From positions 20,841,045 through 20,905,044 of the forward strand of contig NC_092680.1 of assembly GCF_964355755.1 (NCBI RefSeq): DNA of 64,000 nucleotides, in the 5' to 3' direction. Shown piece after piece: positions 51,484 through 63,736 of the stretch (position 1 is its first letter; every line of letters begins with the position of its first letter). This stretch comes from Antedon mediterranea (lineage: Eukaryota > Animalia > Echinodermata). A program made the translations under genes and the position numbers. The notes below the pieces were generated by a model that worked only from the letters and a program-made list of their open reading frames with translations, was not told the DNA's origin and made no database searches.

Positions 51484-53840
51484 ATGTTGGTTATAGCAAC
51501 AAGATGTTTGTTGTTCATGGATGTCTATCTATTATTCTTGAAACATGGTGAGTGGTTTATACATGTTTTCGTACTTTTCAAAATGCATTCACACATACAT
51601 TAATTAATGTTCTATAATATCAATTAAAGATTTTCAATGATTAGCTAGGCAGGAACACTTTACCATGATGACTATTCACTATGACACTTGATGAAACTAT
51701 TAAAGTTATACGTTTATACACATGCAACCAAGAATCATTCAAACAAAATATATAAATCTAAAAATGCGATGATATTTTAAGAGAGCATATTTTTTTACAG
51801 TGACGCCGGAGATGACAGATGTGTTGAATTTAAACGCAACGTCAATTTCACAGACAACACCGACATCAACTAACTTTACCACACACAACATGAGGGCTAT
51901 GGCGTCATCATTGATACTGGAAGAGCAAAACATCACAGACAACACGAGCGTAGTTTTAGATGTTAATGTTAGGTCGACTTTACCATCAGAGGTATCTTCA
52001 GTTCAACCAACTTCATCAAATATTGAGAACAGCAGGCCTCCTACCGGTAGGCCTACTTCTGTGATAGCAATGACTACGTTTAGTCGAAACAGCAATGGTC
52101 ATATTTTAGAAAACCACACTGACTATGCGTCAAACGATACAAGTGAAAACTCTACAGATAGCACGATGACGTCATCATCAAGTAAAAACGGCAGCAAATT
52201 TATACTTACAGAACTTTACTATAACCTGACACACGATGAGACAATTACTTATTCTGACACTCCTGTCAGTAGGCCTACCACTAGGCCTAACATCACGTCT
52301 TCTTCACAATATCCGTCAGAATCAGACAAAACAACTACTGACTTTATTTCCACTATTAAATTAACAGAAGAAGAAGCACGTTCTACTATCACTGGTCAGA
52401 ATAAAAACAATTCTTACGATGAGAGAAAAACTGTACAGTTTAAAGAAATAACAACGACTTTGATTGATGTCACCGTGACGAAGACGACTGGCAGCTTAAA
52501 TATTATTGCAACAATAGGTAACGGAATTTCAGCAAGAATAATCAATGTTATTTAGAGTCATTTTTAAATAATTCCCTAAAAATAGAAAGGTTGTTGTTTT
52601 GATATAGGCCTAAAGTCGCAAATAATAGAATCTCGACAATGAAAGCAATCTATATTTTCATTTCATTTTTCGATTCAAGAATATTTTATTAAATTTTAAT
52701 AATTTCAAATAAAACTACTGGGTAACTATACTTTACACTTCACATTATATGTAGAATATTTAAAATTTAAAAAAATATTTTGGTTGCATTTTCAGAACAG
52801 AAAGTGGAATCTGAAGATGGCTACCACATTAGTAATTATACATTTATACATTATATTGATTTACTATACTTCAAAATGTAGATTACATGAAACAGGTTTT
52901 GTTTATGCTATGGAACAAAATGCGGCCAACACTACCACAACTCGAGCGAAAGCTTTGCACTGCACAAACAGTATATTATAGGCAAACTACGGATATCAAT
53001 TAGTTTATAAAAATATAGTTTATTTATCATATTGCTTTTATTTGTAACAGATGATGTTTATGTTCTGTTGGCTATATCACTGGTTATTATAACAATCTGG
53101 TTATTGTTGGCTTTCTTTTTGTACATTATTGTATGCAAGTAAGTAATAACAACAATTGCACAATTATATTTAAATAAAGGTACGATTATATCAATATTAG
53201 GACACCGTTCACTTAAGATATTAGGGAGTTTTCGCAACCTTACGAATACGATAACGAAAACGCATACGTCACACATTTGTGAAACTTTTGAGCTGATCTC
53301 CATTTCATATTCGTAAAGCGTATTCGTGTTGACGAATATCACCAGTCATATTCGTGACTACAAAACGAGTATAGTTTTTGATCTATTTTGCATTTGAACC
53401 AGGAATGATTCATGATTATAATATAATTATACTTTTATTGATAGTAATTTACTAAAGTAATTTACTAAAATGCCAGGTCAATTTTGATAAATAGCAGTTT
53501 TTAAAGTCCTCACTAGCTTTGATGTTACGCTAGGCCTAGGCAGCCAAGCACCAAGCAACACGTCATATTTTGGACGGCACCCTTAATATTTCCAAAAACG
53601 AATACGTGTGCGTGACGTATCCGTTTTCGTTATCGTATTCGTAAGATTGCGAAAACTGCCTATAAACGTACTCATGTTACATTTATTTCTGTTTTTAGTC
53701 GAGTTTCATCAAGCTGTTCAACTCATAGTAGTAAATCAAGAGGTGTATACTCAAATACAGCACATGTTTCTGTAGTGGTCGCCACAGAAGAAGGCATTTT
53801 TGATGATGACGGAATTGAGATTCTTCGCACGGCGTTGTAA
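51484..53840 (+). CDS. Gene E: sialomucin-like type I membrane protein (S/T-rich ectodomain, TM, short tail; ~348 aa)
   Basis: Exons: 51484-51547 (hydrophobic N-terminus, weak signal peptide); 51801-52517 (S/T-rich, many NxS/T sequons, no Cys); 52796-52831 (less certain); 53051-53138 (TM); 53699-53840 (tail ending ILRTAL*). Confidence 0.78.
53223..53661. mobile_element. ~440-bp non-autonomous TIR element in last intron of gene E
   Basis: ~50-bp inverted termini: agggagttttcgcaaccttacgaatacgataacgaaaacgcatacgtcac / gtgacgtatccgttttcgttatcgtattcgtaagattgcgaaaactgcct. Confidence 0.85.
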
Positions 53841-54309
53841 ACTGTTTCAAGCGCGGCACGCATCCATTGTATTTTTCTTACAAACCTGCGATGGAGAAAG
53901 AAAGAAAAAAAAAATTGAAGAAAAAAAAAAAACAAATTGTGAACACACGTGTACATTTTTGTTTAAATCTAAATAAACGGTTTGTTGTGACTCTGCCTTC
54001 TTTAAGATCTAACGGGAGAAAGAAAGAAATTAAGAGAAGAAAAAAAAAAAACACACAAACACATAATTTAAAATAGATAGTTTTTTTTCACATAGCCAAT
54101 CAATGTATTCTGATTTATGTAATATTATATACTCTATATGCAATGTTAAATCATGCTTGTGTTCCAGATTGAAGATTTTTTTTTTATGTTTTAATTTTTA
54201 CAAAAAATCTGTAGAGATTCGTACTCGAAGCTATCGCTGAAAGTGGGCCTACATGAGGCAGGAAAGTTAAAAAAAACACCGAAACATTTCAGAAAAGTTT
54301 AAAATTATT

Positions 54310-54735
54310 GCTTGAAAATATGAACATAGAAAATTATTATTTAGTCACAAACTCGTTTTCTGCTTTCTGTTTCAAACCTAAATATCTCTCTTTCAAAAAA
54401 AAAGAAAACGTTATTTTTTTTTCCATTAAAAAAAAAATTTTTAGAGATTTGAATCCAAGGCTAGCGCTGAGATTAGGTCTACTGAAAACAGAGCATTATC
54501 CGTCACGCCATAAATTACTTGACTGAACAGCTGGAAATAGTCTATACGTGCTTCATTATTTCATCGTTACGTCATAAATAGACATATTAACCCAGTTAAA
54601 AGCAAGACAACCAGTTAGCTCAGTCGACTGAGCATTGTGTTATTAACACGAATGTCGTGGGTTCGATTCCCACGCTGGTCGGTGGAATAGAGTTAAAGCT
54701 ATGTGAGCTACTGTGTTTGGGGTTCACAGAATAAT
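54310..54735 (+). mobile_element. Repeat with divergent tRNA-like cassettes (copy 2, 5' half; interrupted at 54735)
   Basis: tRNA-like head 54610-54680 (tagctcagtcga...ggttcgattcccacgctggtc; resembles tRNA-Ile). A second tRNA-like cassette lies on the minus strand at ~54440-54510. Homologous to 4680-5085. Confidence 0.75.
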
Positions 54736-55478
54736 CATTAGGCGCAGGAGCCCCGGATAGCGTTACGAAGTCGTTAACTCTGTCAGCCCATGGTCAACCC
54801 AACTAATGTGTTTTTCCCAAGGACAACTTATCAATAACTAAACTTTGTCACCACCCATAAGTGTGCTGTTCATTTCCTATTGACCAATGAACACCAATGT
54901 AACTGGACCTGAGTTTCTTGCTATTCGACCTTGGGTGCAAATTATACAATTAATTGATGTTAAGGCCACTGACTACTCTTTTCTGTATAGAAACACTGAA
55001 TTGACTGAATAATAAGAAAACCCTACAATAAGTTCTACTACTACTTGATATGGTGTTATACAAGAACTATATTAAAAGTTAGATGATATCTATCAGATAT
55101 CATTTTCTAAAAATTGTTTCATTAGTTAGAATAGATCACGGAATACCAATACTGATCTGGACTCGGAAATTCAAAATGTAGCAGGCAACGTTTCACCAAT
55201 GAAAACTTTCAAGACAAACAAAGTATCATAATTATCATGATATCAATTTTTATTTAATAACGATAAATGGATATAAATATTTCGTCTTTTTTGTTATTTT
55301 GTGATGGAAAATATATTGAGTGAACATTGGCACTGAGCTTAAATATTCCCCGTCCCCTTAATGTCCGCTTTATAGGAGTGTCCCCTCAGTAAGGATTTGC
55401 TGTTTTGCCCCTTAATAATAAATTATGATGTCCATCTTATCCTCTCAATTTTAATGTGCTACACCCGATAATAGAATA

Positions 55479-55639
55479 CACATCTAACTCGTGTGTACTT
55501 TAGAGAACCTAGTACATCTTTCGAGACGAGTGGGGGGTTACCCCGGTGTATTATCACAGCCACTGATCACCAACTGGGCCCTCTGGGAGACCAGTCTTTG
55601 ACTGAAGAGGTTACCCATTATAAATATATATTTCAATTC
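55479..55639 (+). mobile_element. 5'-truncated retroposon fragment with TSD
   Basis: GC-richer 160 bp ending ttcaattc, flanked by the direct repeat aatagaata (55470-55478, 55640-55648). Confidence 0.6.
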
Positions 55640-55667
55640 AATAGAATAACTGTACAGTAGGCTCCCA

Positions 55668-58600
55668 TTTGATGCAATGTGTTACCCAATGTGCTCATTT
55701 GATTGTGCTACCCAAATCCATGCTATCCATTTGAAATAATTTGCTATCCATTTGAAAGAATGTGCTACCCGATAATCCGTATAGAATAATGTACAGTACA
55801 ATTACATATATGCATTTGATTGTGCTACCTAATGTGCTATCCATTTGAAATAATGTGCTATCCATTTGAAAGAATGTGCTATCCATTTGAAAGAATGTGC
55901 TACCCGATAATCCGTATAGAATAATGTACAGTACAGTACTATATCTATTTGATTGTGCTACCCAATGTGCTATCCATTTGAAAGAATGTGCTATCCATTT
56001 GAAAGAATGTGCTACCCGATAATCCGTATAGAATAATGTATAGTACTATATTCATTTGATTGTGCTACCCAATGTGCTATCCATTTGAAAGAATGTGCTA
56101 CCCGATAATCCGTATAGAATAATGTACAGTACTATATCCATTTGATTGTGCTACCTAATGTGCTATCCATTTGAAAGAATGTGCTACCCGATAATCCTTA
56201 TAGAATAATGTACAGTACTATATCCATTTGACTGTGCTACCTAATGTGCTATCCATTTGAAAGAATGTGCTACCCGATAATCCGTATAGAATAATGTACA
56301 GTACAGTACTATATCCATTTGATTGTGCTACCCAATGTGCTATCCATTTGAAAGAATGTGCTATCCATTTGAAAGAATGTGCTACCCGATAATCCGTATA
56401 GAATAATGTACAGTACTATATCCATTTGACTGTGCTACCTAATGTGCTATCCATTTGAAATAATGTGCTACCCGATAATCCTTATAGAATAATGTACAGT
56501 ACTATATCCATTTGACTGTGCTACCTAATGTGCTATCCATTTGAAAGAATGTGCTACCCGATAATCTTTATAGAATAATGTACAGTACTATATCTATTTG
56601 ACTGTGCTACCTAATGTGCTATCCATTTGAAAGAATGTGCTACCCGATAATCCGTAGGCTATAGAATAATGTACAGTACTATATCCGTTTGATTGTGCTA
56701 CCTAAATGTGCTATCCATTTGAAATAATGTGCTACCCGATAATCCTTATAGAATAATGTACAGTACTATATCCATTTGATTGTGCTACCCAATGTGCTAT
56801 CCATTTGAAATAATGTGCTATCCATTTGAAATAATGTGCTATTTGAAAGAATGTGCTACCCGATAATCCGTATAGAATATTGTACAGTACAATTACATCC
56901 ATTTGATTGTGCTACCTAATGTGCTATCCATTTGAAATAATGTGCTATCCATTTGAAATAATGTGCTATCCATTTGAAAGAATGTGCTATCCATTTGAAA
57001 TCATTTGCTATCCATTTGAAAGAATGTGCTATCCATTTGAAAGAATGTGCTACCCGATAATCCGTATAGAATAATGTACAGTACAGTACTATATCTATTT
57101 GATTGTGCTACCCAATGTGCTATCCATTTGAAAGAATGTGCTATCCATTTGAAAGAATGTGCTACCCGATAATCCGTATAGAATAATGTACAGTACTATA
57201 TCCATTTGATTGTGCTACCTAATGTGCTATCCATTTGAAAGAATGTGCTACCCGATAATCCTTATAGAATAATGAACAGTACTATATCCATTTGACTGTG
57301 CTACCTAATGTGCTATCCATTTGAAAGAATGTGCTACCCGATAATCCGTATAGAATAATGTACAGTACAGTACTATATCCATTTGATTGTGCTACCCAAT
57401 GTGCTATCCATTTGAAAGAATGTGCTATCCATTTGAAAGAATGTGCTACCCGATAATCCGTATAGAATAATGTACAGTACTATATCCATTTGATTGTGCT
57501 ACCTAATGTGCTATCCATTTGAAAGAACGTGCTACCCGATAATCCTTATAGAATAATGTACAGTACTATATCCATTTGACTGTGCTACCTAATGTGCTAT
57601 CCATTTGAAAGAATGTGCTATCCATTTGAAAGAATGTGCTACCCGATAATCCGTAGGCTATAGAATAATGTACAGTACTATATCCGTTTGATTGTGCTAC
57701 CTAAATGTGCTATCCATTTGAAAGAATGTGCTACCCGATAATCCTTATAGAATAATGTACAGTACTATATCCATTTGACTGTGCTACCTAAATGTGCTAT
57801 CCATTTGAAATAATGTGCTACCCGATAATCCTTATAGAATAATGTACAGTACTATATCCATTTGATTGTGCTACCCAATGTGCTATCCATTTGAAATAAT
57901 GTGCTACCCGATAATCTTTATAGAATAATGTACAGTACTAAATCCATTTGACTGTGCTACCTAATGTGCTATCCATTTGAAAGAATGTGCTACCCGATAA
58001 TCCTTATAGAATAATGTACATTACTATATCCATTTGACTGTGCTACCTAATGTGCTATCCATTTGAAATAATGTGCTACCCGATAATCCTTATAGAATAA
58101 TGTACAGTACTATATCCATTTGATTGTGCTACCCAATGTGCTATCCATTTGAAATAATGTGCTATCCATTTGAAATAATGTGCTATTTGAAAGAATGTGC
58201 TACCCGATAATCCGTATAGAATATTGTACAGTACAATTACATCCATTTGATTGTGCTACCTAATGTGCTTTCCATTTGAAATAATGTGCTATCCATTTGA
58301 AATAATGTGCTATCCATTTGAAAGAATGTGCTATCCATTTGAAATAATTTGCTATCCATTTGAAAGAATGTGCTACCCGATAATCCGTATAGAATAATGT
58401 ACAGTACTATATCCATTTGACTGTGCTACCTAATGTGCTATCCATTTGAAATAATGTGCTACCCGATAATCCTTATAGAATAATGTACAGTACTATATCT
58501 ATTTGATTGTGCTACCCAATGTGCTATCCATTTGAAATAATGTGCTATCCATTTGAAATAATGTGCTATCCATTTGAAAGAATGTGCTATCCATTTGAAA

Positions 58601-58885
58601 TAGGCCTAATGTGCTATCCATTTGAAAGAATGTGCTACCCGATAATCATAGAATAATGTACAGTACTATATCCATTTGATTTTGCTACCTAATGTGCTAT
58701 CCATTTGAAATAATGTGCTATCCATTTGAAAGAATGTGCTATCCATTTGAAAGAATGTGCTATCCATTTGAAAGAATGTGCTACCCGATAATCCGTATAG
58801 AATGCACAGTACAGTTATATCATAGTTATATCCATTTGATTGAGCTATCTATTGTGCTATCCGTTTGAACTAATGTGCTGTCTGT
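55668..58885. repeat. Hierarchical satellite (~86-bp unit with variable 21-bp subrepeat)
   Basis: Pattern [ccatttga(t/c)tgtgctacc(c/t)][aatgtgctatccatttgaaa(g/t)]n[aatgtgctacccgataatcc(g/t)tatagaataatgtacagtactata], with n from 1 to about 5. Confidence 0.97.
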
Positions 58886-59933
58886 TTGAAATAATTCAGG
58901 GTTTTTTTTTTAAATATGTTTTGCTATCCATTTTAAACGTGCTAAACAAGTTACATATTTGTTGATATAAATTTGCGGTACACCACGTAGGCCTATATTA
59001 GTTCTGAAAAGAACTGTTGAGTTGCTTGACGTTTCGATTTAGGCCTACTCCAAAGTCAAAGTCTCCAAAGCTATTCCATCATGTCGTATTCGGAAAATCG
59101 CCCACAAGTGTTTTCTCAGAGAAGGGTATGTTCTGTATGGGGTTCTGTATGCTATTTTTTAATAATGTACAAAAAATGAAATGAAAAATCATATTAATTA
59201 TCGGTATGTACGGAGGAAGCTCGAACCACACGAAGCGCGAAACAAATAAAAGCGCAGCGCGAAACATCTGAAATGATATACAATTTCTCAAAACATGAAA
59301 ACACAGAATATATTATATTAATATAACTTTTTAATATTTCCAAAGGCTCGGACAAGGAAGAAGGGCCTTAAAAAACTGAATTGCTATATGTTAGGCCACA
59401 TTTCCATAACTTTTCAAAACTCATCGAACCCTCTGCTAGTAGGCCTAATTAATATAGGAGCGTATCGCCAAATCATTAGAGAAAAAAAAACATGGCATGA
59501 AGATGTAATTAATCAAACAACGGCCAAAGAATACCAACAATTTTAATTTAGGTTTCGATTCGTAATTACTAATGTGGTGGACTAAGCCTAGTTTGAAACT
59601 ATAGTGACCATTTATTTTAGAAAGAAAGATAGACAAATTTGTTTCCATCTCCATGTTATTGTTAATACCAAGGCACTTTTCAATTAAAAATTCTGGCCTA
59701 GTATTCTTGCAAGGTCGTCACAGCTCCAGTTACAAAGGTCGTCACAGCTCCAGTTACAAACGGTGATACAAAGTGTCAATCATTTGACCAGTGAACAGCC
59801 CACTGGTAGGATAGTCCTTGAAACCGTCCGTAAAACACATTAATCACTCACATCAGTCATGCCGCTAATGGTTGAAAACCTCACTTTTTGGGGTTTTCAA
59901 ACGTAACGCTATCCGGGGCTCCTGCGCCTAATG

Positions 59934-60590
59934 ACGTCCCCCTTTCCGCCACAAAAACGAGTCAATGCATCTGGTGATGCCGTGGAAACGACATTATATG
60001 TCTCTGCCACAGCATTGAGGTCGTTTCCATGACATTACCAGATGCAGGGAGAGGACGCTATGACAGGGTAATACTGGGTCACTTAATTTTTGGTTCAGTC
60101 AGTGTTTTTTTCTGTGGATTCGATCTCATAAATGTTATGTTTAGCGCCCTCAATTTTAAGAACATAAAGACATGTCCGCAAATTAGGAACAAATGTAAAG
60201 ATGATGCTGAAGTCGAGACCAACTAAAGGGGGACTTAGGCATATGAACCCGAGTTTTTTAAATAGGGAAAACACACCAAAAACTTTGAAGTCGCATCTGG
60301 ATAGTTGAAATCTTAACATTAGGCCTACCATAGATGAATTGGGGTTCACAGAATTATACATCCCCCTTTCCACCACACATCATGAGGCAATAACATCAAT
60401 GCATCTGGTGATGTGGTGGGAAACGACCCCAAAAGGCTGTGGCAGGGCCTTAGTGCTGAGGCAAGAGGAGCACAACTTTTAACATCTTTTTTTTCCTTTG
60501 GCTTACGCCACCTGTATTTTTGATCTCGTAAATTTTATGTTTACCGCCCTCAATTTTAAGAATACCCGTACCAGAAAATTAGGAGCCGCG
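59934..60590 (+). repeat. Two tandem 3' halves of the tRNA-cassette repeat family
   Basis: tccccctttcc..caatgcatctggtgatg and gatctc(a/g)taaat..atgttta..gccctcaattttaagaa each occur twice; the second motif and the 60435-60500 segment match the reverse complement of 4550-4690. Confidence 0.7.
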
Positions 60591-61908
60591 AGAATGCCTT
60601 ATTTTGGCATACATGAGAAGAAAGACTGAACGAAAGAGAGAAAAGAATGAATGGAAAAAAAGATTATAACCAAGAAAGGTAACAAAAATGGAATAAACCA
60701 AAAACAAATGAGAAAGAAACAAATAGCTTAAAAAAGACATTTATTTTAAAATTGAAAATTCAATTAAAACGTATTAATTTTATTTTACAGTACAATGATA
60801 CAAAAATATGTTTTTCTCATAAACTACATAGCAAATTAATGTATTCTGTTTTATGTAGTATTTATATAATAATTTATTTTACAGAATCTGTATATTCAAG
60901 GCTAAATGTTCGTGTTCCTTAATTTATAAATCCTACACTTTGCATAAGTTGCTACTAATATCAACAAGATTACGAAATCAAGTTTACATTCTTAGTATTT
61001 AAAAATACTAATATTATTCAGAACAAATCTACATGCGAATCAATTAGTTGATCACCAAGTACAGTTGTATAAGTGCTAAAGCCAATTGTATTTTGTGTTA
61101 TAACTTACAAAAATGATTGTTTAAAATGAATATACAGACATAACAAATAGTGCCTCCCTATGATGTCGATCCCTATTATTATAACACTTATCAAAAGCAT
61201 TGCAATTTTAAACTAAAACTGTAAAATACGCTGACTTTGGTTCTATTCCTTTCAAAACGAACACATTAAGTTATTCTAAATAATTAAATAACATTTAAAC
61301 ATTTATTTAAAGATTCAGTCTTTAAATATTCTAATAAGGCACTCACATACCAACGAGATTAGATTGATACCATTAATGCTTTGAGACGGCATTATCAAGC
61401 AGTGTGTTACAATATCAATACTTTTTAAGTTTATGGCATTTATAAGATTTGATATTTCAAAACAAAGAACTGGCGGGAAAAATCATCAGTGATACGCTAA
61501 CAAAATATAAGCGCGCGCGGGCGTATCCTGCGTTAGTATACTACGCGCATCATTCTCTTTCTTTTTGTCACTAATACATTTATGAGATCTAGAAAATGTT
61601 TAAAAAAAAAATTATTCCTAAAGATATTCAGTAATTGATATTATCGGAATGTAGCAATCAAACAAGCCGCAAATAAAAGAAAAATATTTTAAAAAACTGC
61701 AACTTATTTGGTTTCGGTGGATATAACCAATCAATGGAAGAACCACAATATTGATATATTTACAAGGTGTACTTTCAAATCATCTACAAAGTAGAACAAG
61801 ATATTTTAACGAGAATAAATAAATTATTCTTCATCGTAAATGATTTCTAGTTTGTAATTAGTCTTAAATTAAATATGTAGGCCTATTATAATATAATATA
61901 GCGTTAGA

Positions 61909-63736
61909 CTATTTGGACATAAACTTGGGTTTAAATTTTCCGCCACTTGTTTCGCTTTCCAAGTGACCTATTGGTTTCCAGCCATCTGATTCATCGATTC
62001 CATTGGTTGTTGGCTCAACTTCATTTTCTTCGGTCATGTCAAACCCGTCGTTTGTCGCTGCCATTGGTGGTTCAGCAAACCCGTCCAGGTAAGTAGGGTT
62101 AGGAATTGCTTCAATACTAGTAGTCTCTTTCAAAGGATGTTTTGTCTTTCTCCTAATTTTATACAAAATAATCAAGAATTGGAAATGTTTAACTGTTTTA
62201 TTATATACTGCAATTTCTTGTTAATTCTGGAAGATTTGATTGATTTTTCTGTTAGTTTCGTTGTTGTTAAAGAATATTTCATGGGCGTGGGTGCGGGGTG
62301 CAGTTTATGAGGATCTAGCAGCTCTATTTTCAAATTGTCTTGTCTCCAAACTATTCGAACTATTGAACAGACATTTATTATAATAAAATTTATGTAGTAA
62401 CAGCAATTCAATTAAATGCTGTAACGGAAAAAGAAAAAAAAATACGAAATTAAAATTGTTATTACTTACTTTGCAGCAAGTATGTACGTTGCTCCTAAAA
62501 TTAATATTATTAACAATAGAGCTGATATACCAATAACTATGTACATCATCAGCATATCTATAAAACAAAATTAAGAATAATAAGTGGTTACAAAAAATAC
62601 AATTGTACAATTATCTAATCTAAATACACCATTTACAATAATGTTATACCAGTAATTAGATTTATGCCTTCCGTATCTATGACAAATGGTTACATAGAAT
62701 TTCAAATGACAAGTATATTTTAGACGGAAAATAAAAAAACCCAACTTTGTAAGAGAACTACAGCATGAACCCTCTATCGCAAATGCTCGACTGACTACTG
62801 CATTCCAGCAGTTATTGTAGTATTTAATGCATGCTGCATATTACGTAATCCTGGTTGTTACGCTACCCGTATGCAAATTAGGAACGTCATTCTGAGGGAT
62901 AGTAATTATCTTTATTGACCGGGTAAGAAGAATGTGAATGAAGTTGGAAGTTAAATCAACAACAATCAACGCAGAAGAACTATAGTATTTGTAAGTAAAC
63001 GTTTTTAATATTCGTTATTCTATCAATTGCCAAATACCAGTAGGAAGGTTTAAACTAAACGACATACGTCGATACCACGAGTTTGTTTTCTGAGATTTTT
63101 GAAATTCGAAATAGGCCTACGATATGTGGTAATCACGATAAGTAAGCTACAACAATGTCTAAACTTGTAACAACATAACGGCATTAAGTTATACCAGAGT
63201 CGCTTTAAAAAATGTTTAGGTTGATCTTGCGCACATAATAGACGGTCGGTATAACAGCAAATAGAACAGATAACTTATCGTTTTTTTTTTTATCTTATAG
63301 GCCTAAATACTAATCTAAATGTTTAAACAATAATTTTCAAAATAAATACCTGATTCTCCAGTAGTCTGGGCAGCATTCTCACCTTTACCAGCTGAAATTC
63401 AAATAATGATATTATTACATCTATCGTGTATTATAGCCTAGATGATGTACACACATCATTATAGTTCAATGTTTATTTATATAGTTTATTATAGAAACAA
63501 TACGTCTTTATCCTATTAAACCTTTTCAGTATGTCTCTTATGTATTTAAGCATATCTTGTATCCTTTTTGCAGATTTATTATTACCGCTGGACGATTTTC
63601 AGTCGAAAAGATATTGTTTAGGATTAGGCCTAATAAAACATCATATTTAGTACACTTAGTCCATCAAACTTACTAGTAGCGGGTACTGCGGTTGACTTTG
63701 CCTGCGTTACCTCATTTGATGATGATGGTTTCATAG
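61909..63736 (-). CDS. Gene F (3' part): type I membrane protein stalk-TM-tail; 5' part lies beyond window end
   Basis: Exons: 63674-63736 and 63350-63391 (S/T stalk, phase 1-1); 62470-62557 (TM MMYIVIGISALLLIILILGATYILAA, phase 1-2); 61909-62152 (tail with NPTY, stop at 61909-61911). Confidence 0.8.

Larger units (their letters stand above)
54736..59933. mobile_element. 5.2-kb element bounded by perfect 32-bp terminal inverted repeats, no transposase ORF visible
   Basis: cattaggcgcaggagccccggatagcgttacg at 54736-54767 and its exact reverse complement at 59902-59933. The flanks rejoin to restore the host repeat seen uninterrupted at 60340-60380. Confidence 0.8.

Noticed and set aside
52882-52970. 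Possible extra exon in gene E (EQNAANTTTTRAK)
   Set aside because: No acceptor gives that frame in the required phase, and the upstream intron would be only ~50 nt.
54610-54682. Possible functional tRNA-Ile gene
   Set aside because: The D-loop GG is missing, the anticodon loop is altered, there is no oligo-T terminator, and it is part of a repeat with a decayed copy at ~4.7 kb.
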